This document shows positions 47,206-56,832 of a stretch of DNA of 64,000 nt, in pieces (the stretch's first letter is position 1; every line of letters begins with the position of its first letter). The DNA is from a virus. The position numbers were made by a program, and so were the translations under genes. The stretch is taken from IMG/VR virus record IMGVR_UViG_3300047160_006900, positions 53,406-117,405 of that record, one strand, 5' to 3'. The notes beneath the pieces are model-generated. The model was not told the DNA's origin, did no database searches, and was given only the letters and a program-made list of their open reading frames with translations.

Positions 47206-48754
47206 TCTAGCTCCTCGACGTCTCTATCAAGAAGAAGCCATCGACCAGGCTCTCCTCCGAGGGAACCTTCTCCTGGCCATGACGATGGGCTCCGGTAAGA
47301 CCAGAGTCGCCATTGACACCGTCGACACGCTTGCCGCCCGTGGCCTTGTACAGGCCGGGGCGGTCTTTGTGCTGAACTCCACCAAGTTCCAGTGGCTGCG
47401 GGAGATCGAGCACTGGTCGTCTACTGGCACGGCCATGGTGATCGACGGCCAGCGGCCGGAGCGGCTGCGGCAATACAAGCGGGCCTATCGGCATCGATAC
47501 ACCATCCTCAATTATGAGGCCCTCATCCACGACTGGGAGTGGATCCAGGAGTATCTCCCCATCGATTTCGTGGTAGCCGACGAGGTCACCAGCATCAAGA
47601 GCTTCACCGCCAAGAAGTCGAAGCGGCTGAAGGCTCTTGGCAAGCATTCCCCGTATCGATTCGGCATGTCGGGGCAGCCGGTGGAGAACCGGCCCGAGGA
47701 ACTCTTCTCCATCATGGAGTTCGTGGACCGGGAGGTGCTGGGGCACTTCCAGAAGTTCGACCGCACGTTCATCGTCCGGGACCACTGGGGCAAGCCCAAG
47801 GCCTACCGCAACCTGGACACCCTGCGGGCAGCGATGGGCGAGGCCATGTTCCGGCGGAGTCGGGACGACATCGCTCAGTACCTGCCCAAGCTCAACGTGG
47901 TGGCGACCCCGGCCCGTATGGATGCCTGGAGCTACGCCCTCTATGACGAGGTCCGCTGTGATCTCTTAGATGTCATCGACATGGCGTTGGCCGCAGGGCT
48001 GGGCGGGTTCAACCTCCTGTCCCATTACGGACGAGCGGAGAACGAGGCCGTGAACCAGTTCAAGGGCATGATCATGTCTCGGCTCACGGTCATGCGCCTG
48101 CTCTGTGACCACCCGTCGCTGCTGTACGTGAGTGCGGACGCCTACGACGACGAGGATTCTCCCCACGGATCCCAGTACGCCAGCGAACTACGGGCCGCAG
48201 GGCGGCTGGAGAATGCTCCTGATAGTTCCGAGAAACTATCAACGCTGCTCGATACCGTGGAATCGATTTTGGATGAGTCCCCCATCAACAAGGTGGTGAT
48301 CTTCTCCGGCTTCAAGCCCATGCTCGCCATCATCGGTTTGGAACTCCGCAAGCTGAAGATCAACCACACCCTCCTGACCGGGGATGCCCCGTCCAAGCTG
48401 CGGGACGAGCGCATCGTGAAGTTCAACACCGACCCTCGCTGTCGGGTCTTCCTTTCGTCCGACGCCGGGAACTACGGCGTGAACCTGGATGCCGGGTCCC
48501 ACCTCATCAGCTTCGACCTGCCGTGGTCGGCGGGGGCGTACGCTCAGCGAGCGGCTCGCATCGATCGGCTGTCCTCGCAGCACGATTCGATCCTCATCGA
48601 CGCCATGTTCTGCGCTGGGACCATCGAGGAGCGCATGTATGACATGCTGGGGCAGAAGCGGAAGATCAGCGAGGCGTTCACGGACGGCAAGTTTGACCCC
48701 AAAGGCGTGCTCAAGTTGGACCTGTCAAGTCTCCGGGAGTTCATGGGCGGGTGA
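47174..48754 (+). CDS. SNF2-family helicase
   Basis: MGSGKT, DEVT, SGQPVEN, KVVIFS, GVNL and QRAARIDR motifs; exact start uncertain. Confidence 0.9.
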   Translation: MTAAPQDVRSDLAPRRLYQEEAIDQALLRGNLLLAMTMGSGKTRVAIDTVDTLAARGLVQAGAVFVLNSTKFQWLREIEHWSSTGTAMVIDGQRPERLRQYKRAYRHRYTILNYEALIHDWEWIQEYLPIDFVVADEVTSIKSFTAKKSKRLKALGKHSPYRFGMSGQPVENRPEELFSIMEFVDREVLGHFQKFDRTFIVRDHWGKPKAYRNLDTLRAAMGEAMFRRSRDDIAQYLPKLNVVATPARMDAWSYALYDEVRCDLLDVIDMALAAGLGGFNLLSHYGRAENEAVNQFKGMIMSRLTVMRLLCDHPSLLYVSADAYDDEDSPHGSQYASELRAAGRLENAPDSSEKLSTLLDTVESILDESPINKVVIFSGFKPMLAIIGLELRKLKINHTLLTGDAPSKLRDERIVKFNTDPRCRVFLSSDAGNYGVNLDAGSHLISFDLPWSAGAYAQRAARIDRLSSQHDSILIDAMFCAGTIEERMYDMLGQKRKISEAFTDGKFDPKGVLKLDLSSLREFMGG

Positions 48755-48840
48755 TTCTCCCGATCATCCTCGGCTTTCTTACAGCCGTCGTATTGTTTTC
48801 TCTCTGGCTGTGGTATGAACTCTGGCAGGAACGACGTTGA
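48751..48840 (+). CDS. 29-aa single-TM microprotein (not in the ORF track)
   Basis: GTGA overlap; MILPIILGFLTAVVLFSLWLWYELWQERR. Confidence 0.55.
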   Translation: MILPIILGFLTAVVLFSLWLWYELWQERR

Positions 48841-48845
48841 ACTAG

Positions 48846-48874
48846 TTGCCAATCGTGCAGGATTCGACTAGCTT
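48846..48874 (+). promoter_or_regulatory. Promoter TTGCCA-N17-TAGCTT
   Basis: Canonical spacing; upstream of a GAGGAG RBS and the SSB/polymerase genes. Confidence 0.6.
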
Positions 48875-48904
48875 GTAGAGCTAACTGCCAACGAGGAGAC
48901 ATGC

Positions 48905-49363
48905 GTGCCTGACCTGCCCGGGATCCCCGTCGATGACGACAACCCCCAGACCATCGATCTGCTGACCCTGCGGGCGATAGCGTTGGAGTACCTCCAGTTC
49001 CGTCGGGGCCGAGAGTCCCTGCAGAGGAGTGAGGACGACCTCAAGAAGGACGTGATGGCGGGTCTCTCTACCGAGAAGCCCGACGAGAAGGGCAACCGCT
49101 TCCTGTACTTCAACGAGCCGAACCAGGGGGTCGAGGGCATCAAGCGGGAGCGGAGGGTCTCCCAGATTCTGGACGAGGACGCCGCCATGGTGGTGGTGAA
49201 GAAGTACGGGCTGGAAGAGAAGTGTTTGGAGACCATCGTGGTCCTCAACGAGGACGGCCTCCTGGCTGCCAACTTCGATGGGACGATCCCGGATGAGGAG
49301 ATGAAGGCTCTCTACTCCGAGAAGGAGACGTTCGCGCTCGTCCTAGTGAAGGAGCAGTCATGA
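48905..49363 (+). CDS. Hypothetical phage protein
   Basis: GAGGAG RBS; 152 aa. Confidence 0.7.
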   Translation: MPDLPGIPVDDDNPQTIDLLTLRAIALEYLQFRRGRESLQRSEDDLKKDVMAGLSTEKPDEKGNRFLYFNEPNQGVEGIKRERRVSQILDEDAAMVVVKKYGLEEKCLETIVVLNEDGLLAANFDGTIPDEEMKALYSEKETFALVLVKEQS

Positions 49364-49839
49364 ACGAGACCACCGAGTTCACCGGGGTCACCGAGGATCC
49401 GGCGATGGAACATTTCGCTGACCTCCTCCCGGGCAAGCGAGCCCCGGTCAACCGGGACGCCGCCGAGTCGACGGAACTGGGAGCCGAGGGCTGGGACGAG
49501 AAGCCCATCAAGTACATGTTCAAGGGTGGGGAGCGGGAGTTCTTCACCATCAGTCATCTCGCCGCCGCCTTGGGCAAGAGCGTGGTGACCATCAGGTCGT
49601 GGGAGCAGAAGGGAGTCATGCCCCCGACTCCCTACCGTTCCCCTCGTCCCCGGGGAGGGATGTTGCCGGGTAAGCCCACCAAGGGCAAGCGGCTGTGGAC
49701 TCGGGAACAAATCAAGGGAATCCTGGAGATCGCTGAGTCGGAGGGGGTGATCCTCAACGGCAAGCCGCCGACCAAGCACTTCGCTCAGACCGTGCTTGAG
49801 TTCTACCGAACCCTTCTAGCCAAGGACAACGACCAATGA
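49360..49839 (+). CDS. MerR-like HTH DNA-binding protein
   Basis: FTISHLAAALGKSVVTIRSWEQKGVMP..R....RLWT. Confidence 0.8.
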   Translation: MNETTEFTGVTEDPAMEHFADLLPGKRAPVNRDAAESTELGAEGWDEKPIKYMFKGGEREFFTISHLAAALGKSVVTIRSWEQKGVMPPTPYRSPRPRGGMLPGKPTKGKRLWTREQIKGILEIAESEGVILNGKPPTKHFAQTVLEFYRTLLAKDNDQ

Positions 49840-50585
49840 TTGACGAAACCCAGTACGAAGAAGCAGCGGACGAGGAAGCAATGATCGTTCCCCGGCCTCG
49901 GACCATGAAGAAGTCTCCGCCCACCATGACCCCTCCCCCTCCCGCCCCGATCGCTGAGCAGAGCAACGGGCACGACGAGGACGACGCCACGCTCCTCATC
50001 CACGGTGGGTGGACGGCGGGCAAGCAGGTCATGGACTCCACCAGCCAGTACGCCCAGGCTCTGCGGCTGGGCGAGCAGATCCAGATCATCAAGTTCCTGG
50101 ACGATCAGCCCTACGCCAACTATCGGCGGCACTGGGTGGACCGCATGACCGCCAAGGGTCCAGCCACCATCCCCTTCACCTGCTTGGAGTCCGTCGGCAA
50201 GGACTGCCCGCTGTGTGACATCGCTGACCGCCCGCAGGCCGTCTCGGCCTTCAACGTGGTGCTGATCGGTGACGACGGCCAGGTCATCCTGCGGACCTGG
50301 GACGTGGGCGTGCGGTTGTTCAACATGATCCAGGCCTACGCCAACGACCCCCGAGTGGGGCCGCTGTCCAAGGGCTACTTCGCCGTGTCCCAGACCGGAC
50401 GCAAGCAGCAGGCCGTGCCGGTGGTCACCCCCATCTTCCGGAACCGGCTGGAAGAGGACTACGACATCGTTCCCCCGAGTGACGTCGCCATCGAGCGGGC
50501 AGGGAAGTACGACGCCTCCATCATCCGTATCCCCAAGCGGTCGGAGTTGGATGAGATCGCTTCCGAGATCTCCGAGTACGAATAG
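49836..50585 (+). CDS. ssDNA-binding protein (gp32-like)
   Basis: H..C......CPLC zinc site; acidic C-terminus; precedes the polymerase. Confidence 0.7.
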   Translation: MIDETQYEEAADEEAMIVPRPRTMKKSPPTMTPPPPAPIAEQSNGHDEDDATLLIHGGWTAGKQVMDSTSQYAQALRLGEQIQIIKFLDDQPYANYRRHWVDRMTAKGPATIPFTCLESVGKDCPLCDIADRPQAVSAFNVVLIGDDGQVILRTWDVGVRLFNMIQAYANDPRVGPLSKGYFAVSQTGRKQQAVPVVTPIFRNRLEEDYDIVPPSDVAIERAGKYDASIIRIPKRSELDEIASEISEYE

Positions 50586-50596
50586 GAGATCCGGCG

Positions 50597-52609
50597 GTGG
50601 AAGTTGTCGAGGGGGGAGAGGTTCACCGGGGCCTCACCCCCTTCGTCATCCGGACCGAAGAACAGCTAGCGGCAGCGGTCGAGCACCTGGAGTACTGGCC
50701 GGTGCTCACGCTGGACGTGGAGACCGACTCCGCTCATCCCAAGACCAACGAGATCATCTGGATCGGCCTGGCGGTGGGGGATCGGGTGTTCCTGATCCCC
50801 ATGGGCCATCCGCTTGGTAGGATCCTCGTCCCTGCCTCGACCGAGAAGCGACTCCCGCCCGAGGAGGAGCGATCGGTCCTGAAGAGCGGGAAGCTGAGCG
50901 CAACGAAGAAGACCTACCATGTCCCGGCGACATTCGGTGACCCGGGGCAGCAGTTGAGGCAGGATCAGGTCTTCGGGGCTCTGCGACCCCTGCTCTTCAG
51001 TTCACGGACCAAGGTCGGCCACAACCTCAAGTTCGACCTGGAATCTATTGCTAAATACTACGGCGGTGAGATACCACCCGGTCCATACTTCGATACCTTA
51101 ATCCTTACCCACCTCTTGGATGAGTCGCTGCCCAACTACAGCCTGAAGACCTTGGTCATGGACTGGCTGAAGGTCCCCAAGAAGCCGCCGGAGATCCGCA
51201 AGGATTTCTACCCCAACCTGGGCAAGGTGGGGGTGCAGACCCAGCCCATCGATGAGGTGGCCCGTTACCTGGCCAAGGACGTGTGGTACACCCATCTCTA
51301 TCGGCTGGCGAAGCTGGAGGAGCTACAGCGGGAGCCCACCCTGATGGCCTCCTTCGACATCGAGATGGCGGTGTACCCCTCCCTCATGCAGGCGGAGTTG
51401 AACGGGATCCGGATCGATACTGACCTGCTCAACGCCCGGGGGGAACAGCTACGGGGAGAGCGGCAGGCCCTGGCCGAGCGGATCTGGGACATCTGCGGCG
51501 AGGAGTATGCGATCTCCAACTACTTCAAGAAGCGGGACTTCCTCTTCGGTGATGTTTCGACCGGTCATCCGACCGGCCAGGGGCTCAAGCCGCTGACCTA
51601 CACGGTCAAGACCAATGCCCCGCAGTTGAACACCAAGTGCTTGGAGCACTACGCCCCCAAGAACGAACTGGCCCGCCTGTATCTGGAGTGGGCCGACAAG
51701 GAGAAGCTGATCGGCACGTTCATCGAGGGCTTGGAGAAGCGCATGGTGAACGGGCGTCTCCATACTTCGTTCAACCAGCACCGTACGGTGACCGGACGGC
51801 TGTCTTCCAACAACCCCAACCTGCAGCAGATCCCCCGGGGGGAGATCATCCGGGAGACCTTCATTTGTGACCCCGAGTGGTCCATGGTCGTGGCCGACTA
51901 TGACCAAGTGGAACTGCGTTGTTCCGCCTTCCTGTCCCAGGATCCTCAGATGATCCGGGTGTTCCAGGAGAACATGGACATCCATACCGAGGCCGCAGCG
52001 GTCATGTATGAGATCAACCCCACCGACGTGACCAAGGACCAGCGGCAGGTCGGCAAGACCATGAACTTCGGCACGCTCTACGGAGCGGGACCGGACAAGA
52101 TTTCCGAGACCGCCCAGGTGGATACCGAGACCGCCCAGGCATTCATCCGTCGCTACTACTCCGAGTACCGCAGGCTCTCCGACTGGAAGGACGAGATGGT
52201 CCGGAAGGCCCGCATGACCGGGAGTCGGAAGCACAAGCGGGTCCCCTACGCCGAGATCCCCCCGTGGGGGCGGCGGCGTCGGCTCCCTGACCTGTACTCC
52301 TCGGAGATCTATCAGCAGGCTAAGGCGGAGCGGCAGGTGGTCAACTCCATCGTCCAGGGCTTCGCTGCCAACATCATGAAGCTGGCGATGATTGATCTCT
52401 ACGAGGAGATCGACCGCACTCCCTACCAACTGCTGCTGAATGTTCACGACGAGTTGATCATCCAGGCCCCCCGGGACTATGAGGAGAAGGCCAAGGATTG
52501 GCTGGTCGACATCATGGAGGGAGTAACCCACAATGGGGATCCGATACTTGGTACGGTTCCTCTAACGGTCGAAGCAGGCATCGGGAGAAACTGGAGTGAC
52601 TGCAAATGA
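50597..52609 (+). CDS. polA: Family A DNA polymerase with 3'-5' exonuclease
   Basis: DVET, HNLKFD, TGRLSS, DYDQVELR, KTMNFGTLYG and VHDEL motifs. Confidence 0.96.
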   Translation: MEVVEGGEVHRGLTPFVIRTEEQLAAAVEHLEYWPVLTLDVETDSAHPKTNEIIWIGLAVGDRVFLIPMGHPLGRILVPASTEKRLPPEEERSVLKSGKLSATKKTYHVPATFGDPGQQLRQDQVFGALRPLLFSSRTKVGHNLKFDLESIAKYYGGEIPPGPYFDTLILTHLLDESLPNYSLKTLVMDWLKVPKKPPEIRKDFYPNLGKVGVQTQPIDEVARYLAKDVWYTHLYRLAKLEELQREPTLMASFDIEMAVYPSLMQAELNGIRIDTDLLNARGEQLRGERQALAERIWDICGEEYAISNYFKKRDFLFGDVSTGHPTGQGLKPLTYTVKTNAPQLNTKCLEHYAPKNELARLYLEWADKEKLIGTFIEGLEKRMVNGRLHTSFNQHRTVTGRLSSNNPNLQQIPRGEIIRETFICDPEWSMVVADYDQVELRCSAFLSQDPQMIRVFQENMDIHTEAAAVMYEINPTDVTKDQRQVGKTMNFGTLYGAGPDKISETAQVDTETAQAFIRRYYSEYRRLSDWKDEMVRKARMTGSRKHKRVPYAEIPPWGRRRRLPDLYSSEIYQQAKAERQVVNSIVQGFAANIMKLAMIDLYEEIDRTPYQLLLNVHDELIIQAPRDYEEKAKDWLVDIMEGVTHNGDPILGTVPLTVEAGIGRNWSDCK

Positions 52610-52965
52610 GCAGTGATCCAGGCTGGTGGGCACGCAGGCTGGGGCAGCAAGATGCTCCGGCGCTCGCCCATTACCCGGAGTACCAACCTCCGCAGGCGAT
52701 GAACCAGCAGCAGACGAAGTACATCTCCCCACAGCGGGAACCCCAGATCACCACCGAGAATCTGTTTGAGATGACGCACTATTGGACCGGTGGTGAGGCC
52801 CATGCCAAGGAACGAACTGCTTGTCCGAACTGTGGTGGGGGGCATTTCTACAGTCGTTCGTCTGGAGTATCCCGAGGACCCGCTCCTGCTCCTCTGTGTT
52901 ACGACTGCGGGTACAACGGCATGTTCCAGCAAGGTGATCCGGCGAACTGGAATGCAGGAGGGTAG
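52606..52965 (+). CDS. Zinc-ribbon protein
   Basis: CPNC...CYDC. Confidence 0.7.
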   Translation: MSSDPGWWARRLGQQDAPALAHYPEYQPPQAMNQQQTKYISPQREPQITTENLFEMTHYWTGGEAHAKERTACPNCGGGHFYSRSSGVSRGPAPAPLCYDCGYNGMFQQGDPANWNAGG

Positions 52966-52967
52966 TG

Positions 52968-53129
52968 ATGCCCAAGCTGAACACGGCTGATGCTCACGAT
53001 TGGATCGCACGGAACTACGGAGCCCACTGGTTTCTGCCCGAGCACGACGGTGGGGACCCGGAGTGGGTCGACGCCATGACTCAGGTCCTCGTAGACAAGG
53101 GGACGGAGTACTTCGGGAGTCAGTACTGA
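52968..53129 (+). CDS. 53-aa hypothetical protein (not in the ORF track)
   Basis: GGAGG RBS; TGATG coupling to the next gene. Confidence 0.6.
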   Translation: MPKLNTADAHDWIARNYGAHWFLPEHDGGDPEWVDAMTQVLVDKGTEYFGSQY

Positions 53130-53695
53130 TGGAGCAGCTTGAGCATCTCCAGGCGTCCCAGTTCTATGGCCGGGGTGTCGAGCACATGTTCCCCCAGGAA
53201 GCCTCGACCGCTCCTACGCCCTGGCCGACCGCCCATCGCTACCGGGACACTCGTCCCTACGATGAGGAGCGGGTGCGGCAGACGTTGATGGCTCCGCCGC
53301 AACTCCAGGAGATCGATCCCCGTAATCTGCACTCCACCCAGCCCAGCATCACCCGGTCGGGCGTGGAGTATTACTCCAACCCGCCGATGCGGGCGATTCG
53401 TGAGCAATATACGAGCGCGTTCCCTCGGTCCACGGCGGATCCGACCGGCGTAGCGACGGCGGGAGCCAGCAGCTACCAACTCACGGGTCGTACCTACGAA
53501 GAGACCAAGGGCATGGGTACGAATGAAGGGAACCGCTTCCCGGTCATCTATCGCCGGGAAGCTGATCCCAGGGCGTATAGTAATGAACCTCAAAACTTGA
53601 TCCTGTCGGGTCATCACCGAGCCGCAGCCGCCCTCGCCGCAGGACGACCGCTACGAGCACGCATTGTGGAGGGACCATGGGGAGCGAAGCGGTAG
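53129..53695 (+). CDS. ParB/Srx-like domain protein
   Basis: LHSTQ, PVIY and ILSGHHRAAAA motifs. Confidence 0.75.
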   Translation: MEQLEHLQASQFYGRGVEHMFPQEASTAPTPWPTAHRYRDTRPYDEERVRQTLMAPPQLQEIDPRNLHSTQPSITRSGVEYYSNPPMRAIREQYTSAFPRSTADPTGVATAGASSYQLTGRTYEETKGMGTNEGNRFPVIYRREADPRAYSNEPQNLILSGHHRAAAALAAGRPLRARIVEGPWGAKR

Positions 53696-53955
53696 ATCTG
53701 GGCGATGCGTTCGCACTTACCCCGACGTTGTTCTTCGGCTATTACCTGCCTCACCTCGACCACATGACGGTGGAGTCGGCCGCTCAGATCCCCGACGCTG
53801 TGCGTCATCTCGTCAACGGCGGGACGGTACTGACTGCGCTACCCCGAGTCGCTATGTGGATCATGATCGACCTGGGCATCCCCGCCTCCGAAGCCCTGGG
53901 CAAACTCGATCGAGCTAATCACGTCCTTGATGACCAAACCGACATTTCATTCTGA
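53677..53955 (+). CDS. Hypothetical protein
   Basis: GGAGG RBS; fills the gap before recA. Confidence 0.6.
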   Translation: MGSEAVDLGDAFALTPTLFFGYYLPHLDHMTVESAAQIPDAVRHLVNGGTVLTALPRVAMWIMIDLGIPASEALGKLDRANHVLDDQTDISF

Positions 53956-53964
53956 TGAGGGACA

Positions 53965-54966
53965 ATGCCGAAAACTATCGAAGAGATCATCGCCAAGGAG
54001 AACAAGCGCTACGGGGATGAGACCCTGATCCGGGGGAGTGAGATCCGTTCCTTGGAACTCCCCCGAGCGACCACCGGATCCCTGTCGTTCGACACCATGC
54101 TGGGCGGAGGCTGGCCGCTCAACCAGTGGAACGAGATCATCGGGCAGGAGTCCAACGGCAAGACGGTGGTGGTGCTCAAGACCATCGCCGCTAACCAGGC
54201 CATCGACAAGGACTACGAGTGTCTGTGGGTGGCAGCGGAGCCCTTCGTCTCCGACTGGGCTGCCGATCTGGGGGTGGACCTCAAGCGGATCATCCTGGCC
54301 GACACCAACATCATGGAAGAGGCGTACCAGATCTGCATCGATACCCTCGATAGTCGAGCGGTCGACGCCGTGGTCATCGACTCCCTGCCCTCGTTGGTCC
54401 CCGGCGAGGAGGCGGAGAAGATGATGCAGGAGTTCGCCGTCGGCCTGGGGGCCAGGCTGACCGGCAAATTCATGCGGAAGTCAGGCAAGGCCCAGAAGCG
54501 CTCGCTCATCGGCCCTGACCGCCGCTGCCTGGGCATCATCGTCAATCAGTGGCGGGAGAAGATCGGCATCACCTACGGGGATCCCCGGACCACCCCGGGC
54601 GGGAAGGCCAAGAACTTCAGCTACTTCACCCGGGTGGAGGTGGCCCGGGACGAGTGGATCGAGCACGACAAGACCAAGTACGGGTTGGCGGTCAAGGCCC
54701 GCACGATCAAGAACAAGACCTTCCCTCCGCAGCGGTCGGGCGTGGTCGATTTCTACTTTGAGGACTGCCCCCCGTTCAAACGGGGGGACTACGACACCGC
54801 CAAGGAAGTAGTGGGCATCGCCATCGTCCACGACGTCATCACCCGACGGGGTTCGTACTACGAGTACGACCAGCAGAAATGGCAGGGCAAGGATGCACTG
54901 CTGGCCTCGGTCCGGGAAGAGGTTGACCTTTACAAGAAGCTCCGCAAGGCTGTGGCAGCCTTGTGA
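53965..54966 (+). CDS. recA: RecA-like recombinase
   Basis: TGSLSFD..LGGG, GQESNGKT, VIDS, NQWREKIG and TPGGKA motifs. Confidence 0.95.
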   Translation: MPKTIEEIIAKENKRYGDETLIRGSEIRSLELPRATTGSLSFDTMLGGGWPLNQWNEIIGQESNGKTVVVLKTIAANQAIDKDYECLWVAAEPFVSDWAADLGVDLKRIILADTNIMEEAYQICIDTLDSRAVDAVVIDSLPSLVPGEEAEKMMQEFAVGLGARLTGKFMRKSGKAQKRSLIGPDRRCLGIIVNQWREKIGITYGDPRTTPGGKAKNFSYFTRVEVARDEWIEHDKTKYGLAVKARTIKNKTFPPQRSGVVDFYFEDCPPFKRGDYDTAKEVVGIAIVHDVITRRGSYYEYDQQKWQGKDALLASVREEVDLYKKLRKAVAAL

Positions 54967-55271
54967 CCGACCTCCGCAAGCTCTCCCAACAGCAGGAGCA
55001 GCGGGTGGCCAAGCTGATCGGGGGATCGGTGAACGCCGGGTCCGGTAGTGGGTGGAAGCGGAAGAACGATGTCCGAGGTCCTGGCATGCTGTGGGAGTTG
55101 AAGTTGACCGGCAAGAAGCAGATCACCATCAAGCTGCAGGACCTGGAAGATCTCCGGAAGCACGCCATCCTGGACGGACTCCTCCCGGTGTTCGGGATCC
55201 AGTTCGCCGGGAGCAATCGAAACTACGTCTTGCTGGACGAGGCGGACTTCCTGGAGATGACGAGTGACTAG
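54963..55271 (+). CDS. Holliday junction resolvase (PD-(D/E)xK, Hjc-like)
   Basis: QEQRVAK, GSG, DV and ELK motifs. Confidence 0.75.
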   Translation: MTDLRKLSQQQEQRVAKLIGGSVNAGSGSGWKRKNDVRGPGMLWELKLTGKKQITIKLQDLEDLRKHAILDGLLPVFGIQFAGSNRNYVLLDEADFLEMTSD

Positions 55272-56226
55272 CCTGCGGGACCTGCGGGAGACCTACAAGC
55301 GGTCTGAGATCCTGTTGCCATCCTTGGAGCGTCACGTTATTCGGCAGGAAGCGTTGCCGAACGATGACCGGCGTCCCGATGCCATGCATCCCAGTGAGAT
55401 GGCGAAGTCCAAGTGGTGTGGGCGGCACGACTACTACCGGATTCGGGGAGAGCCTGCGGATTACAAGCCGGATCCGGTCGGGTTCCGGCGGGCTAACCAA
55501 TACGAGTACGGACACCACATCCATCACAAGTATCAGGCGTGGCTATGGCAGATGGGCATTCTGTATGGCTACTGGCTCTGCTTGGACTGTGGCTACAAGT
55601 GGTGGGATCAGTCCCCGAAGACCTGTCATCTGTGCAACAAGGAGCGGCTGCGGTACATCGAAGTGCCCTTGGACACCCCGCTGATCACCGGGCACTCGGA
55701 CGGCATTGTCCTCTTGGACGACCCGTTGGAGCGGCTGCTGCTGGAGATCAAGTCAATAGGTATCAACTCATTACGATACGAGGCCTACTCCCTGTTTGAG
55801 AAGGCCGAGCAGGAGCAGATGACCCCCGATGAGATCTGGTTCCTGATCAAGCGTCCCTTCCCCTCCCACCTGCGGCAGGGGATGTTGTATCTGTACCTGG
55901 CAACGATTCGCTACCCCGAGTTGAATATCAATCGCATCATCTTCCTGTACGAGTGGAAGCCCACTCAGGAGGTCAAGGAGTTCGTCGTCACCTACAACCA
56001 GACCTACATCGACAACGTGTTGGCGACCGTGGACGATGTGTACCAGGCCTTGGAACAAGGCGAGCCCCCCGATCGACCGGCATGGGCGGAGATCACTGAT
56101 AAAGGATGTCGTAGCTGTGAATACCGAGGAACCTGTTGGGGCTCCCCCCATACGAAAGATCAAGCCGCTCCCCAAGTCCGAGTCAAGCGAGTCTCTGCTC
56201 AACGACGCAAGGCAATACGGTCCTGA
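55264..56226 (+). CDS. Cas4-like PD-(D/E)xK exonuclease
   Basis: HPSE, GHSDG, LEIKS, Q...Y; C-terminal C..C.....C cluster. Confidence 0.85.
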   Translation: MTSLRDLRETYKRSEILLPSLERHVIRQEALPNDDRRPDAMHPSEMAKSKWCGRHDYYRIRGEPADYKPDPVGFRRANQYEYGHHIHHKYQAWLWQMGILYGYWLCLDCGYKWWDQSPKTCHLCNKERLRYIEVPLDTPLITGHSDGIVLLDDPLERLLLEIKSIGINSLRYEAYSLFEKAEQEQMTPDEIWFLIKRPFPSHLRQGMLYLYLATIRYPELNINRIIFLYEWKPTQEVKEFVVTYNQTYIDNVLATVDDVYQALEQGEPPDRPAWAEITDKGCRSCEYRGTCWGSPHTKDQAAPQVRVKRVSAQRRKAIRS

Positions 56227-56626
56227 GCCCATCGTCCCAATACCGGAACTCCCCTGGGATGTCACATCGATCTCGGACGCCAGTCTCATGGAGCAGTTCT
56301 CTCATCAGGTGTCCTGGCAGAACTATTTCGCCGTCGAGATGGCACAGGCAGACATCGAGGAGGTTGAGGCCGAGGCAGCGGTGAAGATCGAAGAGGCCAA
56401 GGTCATGCTCCAGGGCGGGAAGCTCAACGACGCCCGTACGGCACGGGACAATGATCCCCGGGTGGCGAAGCTCCGTCGGGAGTACCGAGATGCCCGAGCC
56501 CGCCGCAAGCTCCTTCAGGTGGCGTTTGAGAACCGTGACCGCTGTGTATCCCTGCTCTCCCGTGAGTTGACACGTAGGGTAGGAAGAGAAGGATTGCAGC
56601 GTCGAGTGGATCGGTTGACTCCATGA
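56117..56626 (+). CDS. Helical protein, possibly a UvsY-like recombination mediator
   Basis: Helical with an SRELTRR end; AAAGGA before GTG 56117; start uncertain. Confidence 0.55.
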   Translation: MNTEEPVGAPPIRKIKPLPKSESSESLLNDARQYGPEPIVPIPELPWDVTSISDASLMEQFSHQVSWQNYFAVEMAQADIEEVEAEAAVKIEEAKVMLQGGKLNDARTARDNDPRVAKLRREYRDARARRKLLQVAFENRDRCVSLLSRELTRRVGREGLQRRVDRLTP

Positions 56627-56832
56627 AGAGCAGGAACAAGACCAGTCCCAACCCTAACAACGACGAGGTCGAGGTCTATCAGGACCTGAGCCTGGACTGG
56701 CGGTGGCGTCGTTGTGACGGGAACAACGGCAAGATCGTGGCTACCTCGGGCGAGGGCTACCGGAACAAGTCCTACGCCGTGGATGCTGCCCAGGCGTACA
56801 ACCTGGGCTGCTCGTTGGTGGAACCAGCTTGA
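56623..56832 (+). CDS. DUF1508/YegP-like protein, second copy
   Basis: EVYQD...DWRWR....NGKIVATSGEGY. Confidence 0.8.
   Translation: MKSRNKTSPNPNNDEVEVYQDLSLDWRWRRCDGNNGKIVATSGEGYRNKSYAVDAAQAYNLGCSLVEPA

Noticed and set aside
53000-53128. Upstream-extended starts in the ORF track (53000, 13071, 15050, 39984, 61415 and others)
   Set aside because: They overlap real upstream genes; coupled ATGA/TGATG starts and paralogue alignments support the shorter calls
40887-54966. Inteins or introns in DnaB, PolA, RecA or the SNF2 helicase
   Set aside because: Lengths are normal, motifs are contiguous, and no intein or homing endonuclease signatures were seen
55264-56226. CRISPR-Cas locus suggested by the Cas4-like gene
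   Set aside because: No repeat-spacer array or other cas genes were seen; solo Cas4-like nucleases are common in phage recombination modules
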